The notes under the pieces: model-generated
The model's database searches: none
Seen by the model: the letters and a program-made list of their open reading frames with translations, nothing else
Told to the model about the DNA's origin: nothing
Part shown: one piece after another, positions 7,051 to 14,898 of the stretch
Position numbering within the stretch: position 1 is the stretch's first letter
Layout of the letters: each line of letters begins with the position of its first letter
Assembly (NCBI RefSeq): GCF_001481685.1
Contig: NZ_CP006867.1
Location: 210,001-242,000, forward strand
Reading direction: 5' to 3'
Source of the DNA: Ignicoccus islandicus DSM 13165
GTDB taxonomy: Archaea > Thermoproteota > Thermoprotei_A > Sulfolobales > Ignicoccaceae
DNA: 32,000 nucleotides
Translations under genes and position numbers: made by a program

Positions 7051-8065
7051 GCAAGGCCTCTAATGCGGCGGCGAGAGCCGTTTCGGTGGAAAGAGTTCTC
7101 CCCGGAGCTACATCGATTACGAAGTCAGCCAACTTATATATTCCCATAGGGACGCCCTTCCTAGAGCCTAGGAACGCCTTAACTCTCTTGGCCTTCCTCA
7201 AGGCCTTAGCCAACTCCTCTTCCACTTCCTCGAAGCTCTTGCCCTCCGGTTCGAACACAACCATTAATTCCTTCTTAGATTTCGAGAGGGCCAAGTGATA
7301 TACATCGAATACCTTGAGCTTGGTAGATAGCGCCTTACCTTCTACCTTCTCCTCTTGCTTCCTCCTCGCTTCCATGCCGTCTCGAACTGACTCTATGAAT
7401 TGGGCCAATTGAAGGGCGTCCGTTTCCTCAATTAGGCCTATGTAGTACTCCCCTACCCCGTAACTTTGGAGGATTCTCCCTATCCTCTTGCCCAGTTCTT
7501 CAATAGACTTTGGGGGACCTAAGTAAGGCTCTTGTATTACAGATAGTCTCGACAAGAACCTCGCTGTGTCCTCCTTCCCTAATTTCTTCTTCAATCCAGC
7601 GTAAGAGGGGTCCACCACAGCTAAGTATGCCTCCTCCCCAATTATCTCGACCATTAGAACTGCCTCTGGATTCGTTAGGTCTACCTTACTCCCATTGGCT
7701 TCCCTTAGTATCAAAGCTCCTAGCTCGGCGTTAACTTCTATTGATGTAAACGGATGGGAACCCCTCCTGATCGTTCTGACGGCGAACCTCTTACCCTCTA
7801 ATTTCCTTGCGAGCCTCTTGGCTGCTTCCTTGAGTTCCTTTAAGTCCGCTCTGACGCACTCTTCTGCTATCATGAACCTAATTACCTCGGGCATCCCGTT
7901 GAGCCTCTCAATGACCTCTTCCAAGTTCTTACAGTTCTTCATGAGCACGAGTCCCTTGAAGCCCATTGGAGCTGCAACGATTTCGCAGTCCACGTCTAAG
8001 GAATTAGCTACGTACCTTTCCATACCTAACTCCGTCTTAACTAAAATCACTGAGCACTCCGACAA
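7004..8065 (-). CDS. THUMP domain protein with a C-terminal SPOUT-like domain (putative RNA methyltransferase)
   Basis: 353 aa. The N-half segment FAVRTIRRGSHPFTSIEVNAELGALI...VDLTNPEAVLMVEI resembles THUMP. The C-terminal segment FLGSRKGVPMGIYKLADFVIDVAPGRTLSTETALAAALEAL resembles the SPOUT knot motif (G.e.~G.p...d....i.....sL....A). Confidence 0.5.
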   Translation of the reverse strand: MSECSVILVKTELGMERYVANSLDVDCEIVAAPMGFKGLVLMKNCKNLEEVIERLNGMPEVIRFMIAEECVRADLKELKEAAKRLARKLEGKRFAVRTIRRGSHPFTSIEVNAELGALILREANGSKVDLTNPEAVLMVEIIGEEAYLAVVDPSYAGLKKKLGKEDTARFLSRLSVIQEPYLGPPKSIEELGKRIGRILQSYGVGEYYIGLIEETDALQLAQFIESVRDGMEARRKQEEKVEGKALSTKLKVFDVYHLALSKSKKELMVVFEPEGKSFEEVEEELAKALRKAKRVKAFLGSRKGVPMGIYKLADFVIDVAPGRTLSTETALAAALEALLIAYLRGKFYSDNQQ

Positions 8066-8133
8066 CTCGCCACTCCAAGCTCTTCTCGATGCAAAAATTT
8101 AAGTAATGACTAGCGAGCCCCTCGGGGTCTCAA

Positions 8134-10080
8134 TTGAAGAATGCGTTGGCAATGACTGTAGTCGCATTACTGATATCTATAGTACCGGTTCTCAGTCTTC
8201 TGAACTTTAATTTCAGTACTGATGCAGCGAACGTTGCTTGCAGAGCTGGGTGCGCGTGCGGTTTTAAGTTCGCTCATCTCTACTTAATACTGGTCCCCTT
8301 CAAGTTCCTCTGTCCTTACTTACCACCTTGGTTCTTCACTGTCTTCTTAGCTTGGATCCACGGTTTAGCTGTTGCCGTTACAGCCTTGATTCTCTATAAG
8401 GCTGGAGAAGAAGTGAAGAGCGGATACGGTATTCCAATTGCCCTCACCTTCTTACTGTATCCGGGAACTTGGGGAGCCCTCTCCTTTGATTTCCATCCCG
8501 ATAACATCGGACTCGTCTTTATGGCCTTAGCTTACTACCTTGTGCTTATTAAAGAGAGACCGCTCTCAGGTTACGCTGTATCGTCGCTCGCTATATTGAG
8601 TAAGGAGAGTTACGCCTTTCCTATATTAGGATTAGCTCTCTATAGGGTGGTGAGCTCGAAGGGCAGAGACAAGGTAAGCTTGTTAGCGTTAATAGCTTTC
8701 GTTGCTATCGGATACCTAGCTGTATTCGAGCTGCTCCCGAGGCTCGGAGGCGCCAAGGGAGGTTTGCTGACATTTAGGTGGGGTCCACTAACGTTCGATA
8801 ACTTCGTTGAGAAATTGATTACGTTGCCACTTCACGAAAAGAAGTTCTTGATGTTGATACTAATACCTATTGTTAACCCTCTCGCTGCAATAGCCTCAAT
8901 AAGCTTTAAGTCATTGTTATTCTTACCAGATTACTTTAACTTATTCATGACTCTTTATCGCTATGACGTAAAGTTCGACTTCGGATTTCACTACCACGCA
9001 ATTATAGCCCTCGAGTTCGCAGTAATGATCTTACTGGCAGTAAGAGAGGGTCTTTTCGATAAACTGAGCGTTCTCAAGAAGAACTTAGGGGTTATGCTGT
9101 TACTCAACATCTTTCTCAACCCAATTACGCCCCTCCCGTACTACTCCTACGTCTATGATTCGTTAACGCACCAATTAAGGTTCCAGAGCCTCATTTACCC
9201 GTTCGTTAAGTACGTGACGTACAGGCCGTTATACACTGGATGGTGGGAATGCTTCCCTAACCAGATACACATGTTGGAGTTATTCGCATCGGAAGCGAAT
9301 CCGAACGTGCCAGTAGTGGTATCGTTCAACGTCGCTCCGCTCTTGAGTCCAGCCTATAAAGTGGGTTGGCTGGGAAGTCCAGCAACTGATTGGCGTACGT
9401 ACTTCAGATTGCTTCCAGCGGGGCCGATCTATTGGAACGCCGTATTGTATCCGGATTCGTTGCGAACCCTTACCGGAGGACTGCTTCACTTAATTATATA
9501 TTACGGAGACTATTGGGGTCCTACAACTAGGTTTTACCTAATTCAAGCTAACGGCCTCAAGCAATCTTTCGATATACCATACTTCCTATTAAAGAAAATT
9601 GCTATAGATTTCAATTACGTCAAGGGAGCCGGTTTCTATGCCCTCGTGAACGCTACTAAGCTAAGGGAACTTGCTAAGAATTTAAGTATAAACGAACTTC
9701 CATGGGGAGTTAAGGGACCGAACGGAATTAGGGCTCCAGCCTTCGGAGACGGGTATCCTATAGGAACGTATAGAGGATATCTATATGTAGATCACAACGG
9801 TACCTATGAGTTTTACTTAAATGGTGTTGAATACGTGGAAGTCGATGGAGTTACGCTAAAGCCTACCGCGTTCGAGCTAGTTTTAATCAAGGACGGAATG
9901 TTCGCCGTTTACGCAGGCAAGGTGTACCTTACTAGGGGTTGGCACGAAATAGAGTGGAAGACTTACTCTCCGCTCTTCGGCGTTTATTGGAAGGGACCTT
10001 ACAGTTGCGCCCCTAGGCCCTTATCGGTCTTGAGGTTGGCTCAAGAGCTAACGCCCGAACTCCTAAGTTTCACTACCTAA
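8134..10080 (+). CDS. DUF2079-like polytopic membrane protein (GT-C-like) with a C-terminal PA14-like beta-sandwich
   Basis: 648 aa. The start is TTG at 8134, with ATG at 8152 as an alternative. LLYPGTWGALSFDFHPDN....LSKESYAF matches my memory of DUF2079 (DFH / KE motifs). The C-terminal roughly 105 aa (nt 9694-10008), GTYRGYLYVDHNGTYEFYLNGVEYVEVDGVTL....LTRGWHEIEWKTY, resembles PA14. Confidence 0.5.
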   Translation: MKNALAMTVVALLISIVPVLSLLNFNFSTDAANVACRAGCACGFKFAHLYLILVPFKFLCPYLPPWFFTVFLAWIHGLAVAVTALILYKAGEEVKSGYGIPIALTFLLYPGTWGALSFDFHPDNIGLVFMALAYYLVLIKERPLSGYAVSSLAILSKESYAFPILGLALYRVVSSKGRDKVSLLALIAFVAIGYLAVFELLPRLGGAKGGLLTFRWGPLTFDNFVEKLITLPLHEKKFLMLILIPIVNPLAAIASISFKSLLFLPDYFNLFMTLYRYDVKFDFGFHYHAIIALEFAVMILLAVREGLFDKLSVLKKNLGVMLLLNIFLNPITPLPYYSYVYDSLTHQLRFQSLIYPFVKYVTYRPLYTGWWECFPNQIHMLELFASEANPNVPVVVSFNVAPLLSPAYKVGWLGSPATDWRTYFRLLPAGPIYWNAVLYPDSLRTLTGGLLHLIIYYGDYWGPTTRFYLIQANGLKQSFDIPYFLLKKIAIDFNYVKGAGFYALVNATKLRELAKNLSINELPWGVKGPNGIRAPAFGDGYPIGTYRGYLYVDHNGTYEFYLNGVEYVEVDGVTLKPTAFELVLIKDGMFAVYAGKVYLTRGWHEIEWKTYSPLFGVYWKGPYSCAPRPLSVLRLAQELTPELLSFTT

Positions 10081-10120
10081 AATTTTACCTCCCCTCTGAA
10101 GAACCAGACGGGTAGCGCAA

Positions 10121-10846
10121 TTGAAGCCACAACACTTGACTGCTAAGCCCGGAGAAGTGGCCGAGAAAGTGTTAGCAGTAGGCGATCCGGCTAGGGCCAA
10201 AATGGTAGCGGAAAAGTACTTAGAGGAAGCTAAATTAGTGAGTTCTAACAGAGAGCTCCTAGTGTACACCGGCAAGTATAACGGAGAGGAAGTGAGCGTC
10301 GCAGTTCACGGAATAGGTGGACCGAGCGCTGCAATAGTTTTCGAAGAGCTTCGAATGTTGGGCGCGAAGCTAATAGTTAGGCTCGGAACGGCCGGTAGCT
10401 TGAGGAAGGAGATAGGAGTTCCCGAACCAATAGTAGTTACCGGTGCCTCCTACTACGAAGGCGGAGTACTCGGCGTTTACTCCCCTAACACTTGCCTCTC
10501 TACGTCACCCGACCCGATCCTAACTTCCCATATCGCCAAGACTTTCAGCCAAAGGAACGTGAACTACCATCTAGGCCCCGTAATTAGCAACGACGCTTTC
10601 TACGCTGAAAGCGAAAACTTCGCTGAGTATTGGGCTAAGAGGGGAATGGTTGCAGTGGAAATGGAGTGCGCCACTTTGTTCGCATTGGGATGGATGAGGG
10701 GCTTCAAGACGGGGGCGGTAGTAGTAACGGCCGATAGCCTGGTAGACCCTTCGAAGAAGGACTTACTTCACCACGAACAACTGGCGCCAGTCATGGAAAA
10801 GGTCACCGAAGCCTTGTTAGATGCGATTTCAACCTTTAGTTTATGA
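10121..10846 (+). CDS. 5'-methylthioadenosine/purine nucleoside phosphorylase (hexameric PNP_UDP_1 family, Sulfolobus MTAP-I type)
   Basis: 241 aa with a TTG start. The sequence is close throughout to my recollection of S. solfataricus MTAP: GEVAE.VL.VGDP.RA, LVYTGKYNGE.VS...HGIGGPS.AIV.EEL..LGA, VTGASY..GG, SNDAFYAE, AVEMECATLF. Confidence 0.8.
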   Translation: MKPQHLTAKPGEVAEKVLAVGDPARAKMVAEKYLEEAKLVSSNRELLVYTGKYNGEEVSVAVHGIGGPSAAIVFEELRMLGAKLIVRLGTAGSLRKEIGVPEPIVVTGASYYEGGVLGVYSPNTCLSTSPDPILTSHIAKTFSQRNVNYHLGPVISNDAFYAESENFAEYWAKRGMVAVEMECATLFALGWMRGFKTGAVVVTADSLVDPSKKDLLHHEQLAPVMEKVTEALLDAISTFSL

Positions 10847-11516
10847 GACACCCTTCCGCCTCCGCTTCCCCCAACAGTTCCAATACTTCCTCATCGCTCA
10901 AATCGTACCAGTTCTCGTACGCATCAGCCACGGCGAACGGGTAATAGGTCCTCAGGTTTAGAATTACCACTAAATCGGCCACTTGGGCCACTGCTTCCGC
11001 ACCACTCGCACTGGAAGTAGGTGCACAAGCCCATACTTCCTCTGCACCGAGCTTCTTCAGTGACCTCACGGCAACTCTCATGGTGTAACCGGCTGCTATT
11101 CCATCATCAATTGCGCAGACTTTCAGCCCAGTTAAATCTGGGTAAGGTCTCCCCTTTCTAAATAACTTCTCCCTTTCCCTTACTCTCTCCAGCGCCGCCT
11201 CTATTTGCCTCTTCACCACCTCTTCTGGGAGACCTACGTCCGCCACTTCGAAATCCAAGGAACTAACTGCTCCGAAGCCTGCCTCCGTAGTCCAAGGATA
11301 TAATACCTTCTTTACGATTATTAGATCCATCTTAGATCTTAGCGTTTTGCATGCTTCCAAAGCCACCGGAACTCCGCCAGCCGGTATTGCGAAGATAAGG
11401 TCGGGTACTAGGTCTAATTTCTTCAAGAACGTTCCTAGCTTCCTACCCGCGTCCCTTCTATCTTTGAAAACGGGAGCCAGGTCCACGAGGTTTTCATCAA
11501 ATACGATTCTACCCAT
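10836..11516 (-). CDS. Type I phosphoribosyltransferase-domain protein
   Basis: 226 aa. It carries the PRPP-binding motif VCAIDDGIAAGYTM (hydrophobic-DDG-x-A-x-G-x-T) and resembles COG1926-type predicted PRTases. Confidence 0.65.
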   Translation of the reverse strand: MGRIVFDENLVDLAPVFKDRRDAGRKLGTFLKKLDLVPDLIFAIPAGGVPVALEACKTLRSKMDLIIVKKVLYPWTTEAGFGAVSSLDFEVADVGLPEEVVKRQIEAALERVREREKLFRKGRPYPDLTGLKVCAIDDGIAAGYTMRVAVRSLKKLGAEEVWACAPTSSASGAEAVAQVADLVVILNLRTYYPFAVADAYENWYDLSDEEVLELLGEAEAEGCLIN

Positions 11517-11565
11517 AACTACGACCTAAGTTTACGAGTTAAATTATGGGATAAAAGAAGGGGTT

Positions 11566-12582
11566 CTAGGCCTTTGGAAGGTAACCTAGCTCCTCGAAGT
11601 AGCTCTTGGAAACTTCGGTGAGTTCGTCCTTCTTCTCTACCATTAAGTTGTAGAACTTCTCTAACGCAATGTACGCTCTAGAACTCACCTTGCTCTTGAA
11701 CCAAGATATGTCCTTTGCATTGCCTACGTAATCCGAGAAGTCGAAGTCCCAATATTCGTCTTTAGTCCTGTTGAATATTAAGTACTCGAGCTCCAAAAGG
11801 AGCGTTCCCCTCGGGAGGACGTAATCGCCGAAGTCGTCTAACATTTGTATTATTTGCTTCCTAATTTTGCTTAAGTTCCTTATTCCAGCTAACTTATCCG
11901 GACTGGGCCTTATCTTAACTACTTGAAGTATTCCTAGGTAAGTGAGTATTAAGCTGAGGTCGCTTATAGGTTCGTACCAAGGCCTTCCCTCGACGCCCTC
12001 TATAGCAGGGGTTCTGTTAAGGACCTGACGCGCCAAGAGCAAATTGTACGGATTGGCCCTCCTGAATTTCTCCATTAGCGCGACTTCGCTTAGGCTTGCC
12101 GCTCTGGTAACGGCGATCATAGTATGCCTCGCTGGGGTTGGGAGCATTAAGCCGGCATAGAAGCTGAAGAGCAGTGCCGCTTCGGGGGAGTCCTTTAGCG
12201 CTTCGTAAACGCTTTGGGAAACGTAGGTTCTCCTCACAGCTATCTCGTTGAGCCTGTTCGGTATTTCGTCTAACTCTATTATTTCTAGAACGTGGAAGCT
12301 CTGAGGTAACCTCAAGTAGTAAAGCAAGTCTGTTATACCGAAGTTCTTTAGGGTAGCGTACCTCTCGCCCAGCTTATCCACGTGAGTAATTCCGCCCACG
12401 AGCTCGCTTAACGGGATCGGTTCCTCGTTTGGAGATGGGGCGCCGGCTATTAGGTCCAAGTAGAACTGTAAGAAACCCTTAACGTTACTGAGCTTCCCTT
12501 GGGCAGCTGCTATTACTTCCTTGAACCTCTTCGGAGTCCATAGTTTTGGACTCAGCGACACGCTTAACACGTCACTTTTCAC
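11566..12582 (-). CDS. Hypothetical protein (338 aa), no recognised domain
   Basis: Long ORF with ordinary composition and no overlapping alternative. It has no P-loop, no metal-binding Cys/His cluster and no TM segment. It is divergent from the 12897 gene. Confidence 0.6.
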   Translation of the reverse strand: MKSDVLSVSLSPKLWTPKRFKEVIAAAQGKLSNVKGFLQFYLDLIAGAPSPNEEPIPLSELVGGITHVDKLGERYATLKNFGITDLLYYLRLPQSFHVLEIIELDEIPNRLNEIAVRRTYVSQSVYEALKDSPEAALLFSFYAGLMLPTPARHTMIAVTRAASLSEVALMEKFRRANPYNLLLARQVLNRTPAIEGVEGRPWYEPISDLSLILTYLGILQVVKIRPSPDKLAGIRNLSKIRKQIIQMLDDFGDYVLPRGTLLLELEYLIFNRTKDEYWDFDFSDYVGNAKDISWFKSKVSSRAYIALEKFYNLMVEKKDELTEVSKSYFEELGYLPKA

Positions 12583-12698
12583 CCGTTAGTAGAAAATGGC
12601 CAGAAACTATATATTGTTATAGGGAGGAAAAACCATTAATTTTCAAATAGCTATATAGTAATTTCTGTGAAGGATGATGCGTATTGGACGGTAATACA

Positions 12699-12712
12699 AC
12701 AGTTATAACTGT
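12699..12712. promoter_or_regulatory. Perfect 14-bp palindrome ACAGTTATAACTGT containing a TATA-like core
   Basis: The sequence equals its own reverse complement. The TTATAA core is centred about 27 nt upstream of the ATG at 12732, which would give a leaderless transcript. Confidence 0.4.
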
Positions 12713-12731
12713 TTGTGCTTCCAACGAAAGG

Positions 12732-12833
12732 ATGTTCATAGCAATGGCAATTTCCGTTTCGATAGCTACCGTTGTTGGAATATACGTCGGTACCTTGCTC
12801 TGCAAGAGGCTCAAGAACAAAGCGGGCTCGTGA
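12732..12833 (+). CDS. Candidate 33-aa single-pass membrane micro-protein
   Basis: MFIAMAISVSIATVVGIYVGTLLCKRLKNKAGS has one clean hydrophobic helix followed by a basic tail (positive-inside pattern). It lies 63 nt upstream of the 12897 gene on the same strand and is not in the ORF track. There is no homology evidence. Confidence 0.35.
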   Translation: MFIAMAISVSIATVVGIYVGTLLCKRLKNKAGS

Positions 12834-12896
12834 AAACCATCAGCTTATAATTAACTAGATAGTATAGTTCTCACACGGTATCGAAGGGGGATTCTA

Positions 12897-14129
12897 ATGA
12901 GCGTTTCGTCAGCTCTCCCAATTCCAAAGGAAGTCTTAGAAGACCTATCGAGAGACCCCATAGCGAAACAAGTATTAATAACGATCTTTAGGGCCGGGAG
13001 CGTCGCTCCTCAAGTAGGCCTCGAAAGCGGGGTTCGATACCCCCAGCTCGATAATATACCTAACTGGAAGCAAGTAATCGAGAAGCTGATAAAGTATAAC
13101 CTCGTTGAAAGAGAAATAGCGGATAGACTAATACACTGTCCTAGATGCGGTTCGATCCACGTAGCCTCCAAGCTCCTCTGTCCTTGGTGTAAGAGCTTCA
13201 ACATAGAGTTAACGTACATAATTCAACACACCCTCTGTGGGTACATAGATACTGAGACGAAGTTCAGGGATCCTAACACCGGTAACCTGGTTTGTCCGAA
13301 ATGCAGGAGGCCTTTGAGGAAGGAGGGTTTGGACTACGTAGTTATTGGTAAAGTGTTCGAATGCATGGAATGTAGAAGGAAAACCAATAAGCCATTAATA
13401 GTGTTCCAGTGCAAGAACTGTAATCACCAATTCGATTACTTAAACGCATCCTACGAACCAGTTTACGAGTACACTCTGACGCCCTTAGGATCCAAGCTAG
13501 TAACTTCTGGAGCGTTACTGAAGGACGAAATAATAGAGGCCCTCAAGGACCTAGGGTTAGTAGTGGAGTCTCCGGGTAAGGAAAGGGGCAGAAGCGGAAT
13601 AGAGCACAGCTTCGATATCATCGCTAGAACGAACACCGGTAGAGTGCTCGCGATAGACTTCGTTGACGAGAACGACCCTTCGGCTGCGTTAACTTCGAGG
13701 ATGCCTAAGGTCCTAGACACGGGGATAGATAGGTACGTTATAATACTACCATCGGGAGCTCTGGAAGCATCGATGTTCGTTCAAATGAAGAACGTAATAG
13801 TCTTAGATCTATCTGAACCGTATATTATTGACAGAATAGTATCCATTGCTCGAGAACTGCTGAGAGGTGAGGTGAAGACCGTCGAAGTCGAAGCACCCCC
13901 CGCCGAAGAGGGTGGAGAAGAGCTCTTCTTCGGAGAAGGCGCCGAAGTATCGCCAGAGAAGGAGGAACTACTGGTATCCGGTCCCGGTCCAGAAGAGGGA
14001 TTGAATATAGGAGTTCCGGAAGAAGAGGAACTCAAGGAACTGGTCAACCAAGCTCAAAGGAAGGAGAGGAAGGAAAAAGAGAAGAAAGAAGAGGAGTTAT
14101 TGGGCGCGGAAGAGTTCTTCGGGGGATGA
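12897..14129 (+). CDS. wHTH-like / triple zinc-ribbon (TackOD1-like) / PD-(D/E)xK-like protein with an acidic disordered tail
   Basis: 410 aa. Cys pairs are C81xxC84..C95xxC98, H111xxC114..C133xxC136 and C156xxC159..C172xxC175. SGIEHSFDIIARTNTGRVLAIDFVDEND resembles a nuclease-fold core. The last roughly 82 aa are E/K/G/P-rich. GGGGGA lies about 6 nt upstream of the ATG. Confidence 0.7.
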   Translation: MSVSSALPIPKEVLEDLSRDPIAKQVLITIFRAGSVAPQVGLESGVRYPQLDNIPNWKQVIEKLIKYNLVEREIADRLIHCPRCGSIHVASKLLCPWCKSFNIELTYIIQHTLCGYIDTETKFRDPNTGNLVCPKCRRPLRKEGLDYVVIGKVFECMECRRKTNKPLIVFQCKNCNHQFDYLNASYEPVYEYTLTPLGSKLVTSGALLKDEIIEALKDLGLVVESPGKERGRSGIEHSFDIIARTNTGRVLAIDFVDENDPSAALTSRMPKVLDTGIDRYVIILPSGALEASMFVQMKNVIVLDLSEPYIIDRIVSIARELLRGEVKTVEVEAPPAEEGGEELFFGEGAEVSPEKEELLVSGPGPEEGLNIGVPEEEELKELVNQAQRKERKEKEKKEEELLGAEEFFGG

Positions 14130-14206
14130 ACGGCTTTTAGCGGCTGACCGAGGAAGGAATGAAGTTTTCACGGACCGGGAGACCCCTCTAACGAGGGCCT
14201 CGCGAA

Positions 14207-14875
14207 GTGTTCGCAATAGGAGCCATACCTTACGATTCAAAAGAGAAAGTTAGGAGAAGGATATTGAAAGCGACTGCTCTAGGGGCCGATCTAGTTGAGT
14301 TCCGGTTAGATTACTGGAACGGACCAATGCCCGACTTTTCAGAAGAAGCAGAGCTAGCCAGGAGGTACGGAATGGACGTAATAGTTACTGTGAGAGATCC
14401 TAGCGAGGGAGGAGTTAGAAAAATCGAATGGAAGAAGGAGGCGTACGAGCTAGCGAACGAACTCGGTTGTTGGTGCGATGTCGAAGCTAAGTTATATCCC
14501 GAACCCCCCTGCGAGAACAGTATCGCTTCAATTCATTTTTTCAACGAACCTACTGAAAGCGATTACGAATTAATAGAGAAATTGTCTCTTTCAAGGATCA
14601 ATTTCTCCGTTTTTAAAGTAGCTGCGAAGGTGTCTACTATTGACGAATTGCTGAAGCTGGTGAGGTCAATAAGGCATCCAAGGAAGGCTTTCATGCCTAT
14701 GGGGAAGGGGACGGAGAAACTGAGACTAATTACGCCCCTCTTGGGCTCCTATTTCTCTTACGGATCAGTAGAGGAGAGTACTGCGCCGGGCCAAGTACCG
14801 CTAGAGTTAATAGTAAAAGCTGTAACGCTTTCGCGGAGCGCCGATGAGCTATACTCCCCAGAGCGACAAGAATGA
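14207..14875 (+). CDS. aroD: 3-dehydroquinate dehydratase, type I
   Basis: 222 aa with a GTG start. It has GADLVEFRLDYW (compare aD.vE.RlD), a FKVAAK segment that would carry the Schiff-base lysine, and a family-typical length. Confidence 0.7.
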   Translation: MFAIGAIPYDSKEKVRRRILKATALGADLVEFRLDYWNGPMPDFSEEAELARRYGMDVIVTVRDPSEGGVRKIEWKKEAYELANELGCWCDVEAKLYPEPPCENSIASIHFFNEPTESDYELIEKLSLSRINFSVFKVAAKVSTIDELLKLVRSIRHPRKAFMPMGKGTEKLRLITPLLGSYFSYGSVEESTAPGQVPLELIVKAVTLSRSADELYSPERQE

Positions 14876-14898
14876 GCGAAATTCCTTTAGGTGAGGTT

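Noticed and set aside
8112-8130. Partial similarity between GCGAGCCCCTCGGGGTCTC and array 2 spacer 5 (31638-31681, ..CGAGCCCCCTCGGGGCT..)
   Set aside because: The match is only about 15 nt and needs an indel, and both are GC hairpin-type sequences. It is far from a protospacer match. I could not run a systematic spacer self-match search by eye, and one should be run.
12617-12820. A 67-aa minus-strand ORF in the 11566/12897 intergenic region
   Set aside because: It has no promoter or SD geometry and an odd composition. It is antisense to a far more protein-like 33-aa TM micro-ORF that has a correctly spaced TATA-containing palindrome.
12583-12896. The 314-nt A/T-rich divergent intergenic region as a replication origin
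   Set aside because: There are no repeated ORB or mini-ORB elements and no initiator gene nearby. Promoters and the micro-ORF explain the features adequately.
14085-14126. A C-terminal PIP box (PCNA-interacting peptide) in the 410-aa protein
   Set aside because: The spacing in EEELLGAEEFFGG does not fit Qxx[LIM]xx[FY][FY]: there is no Gln and the Leu is 5, not 3, residues before FF.
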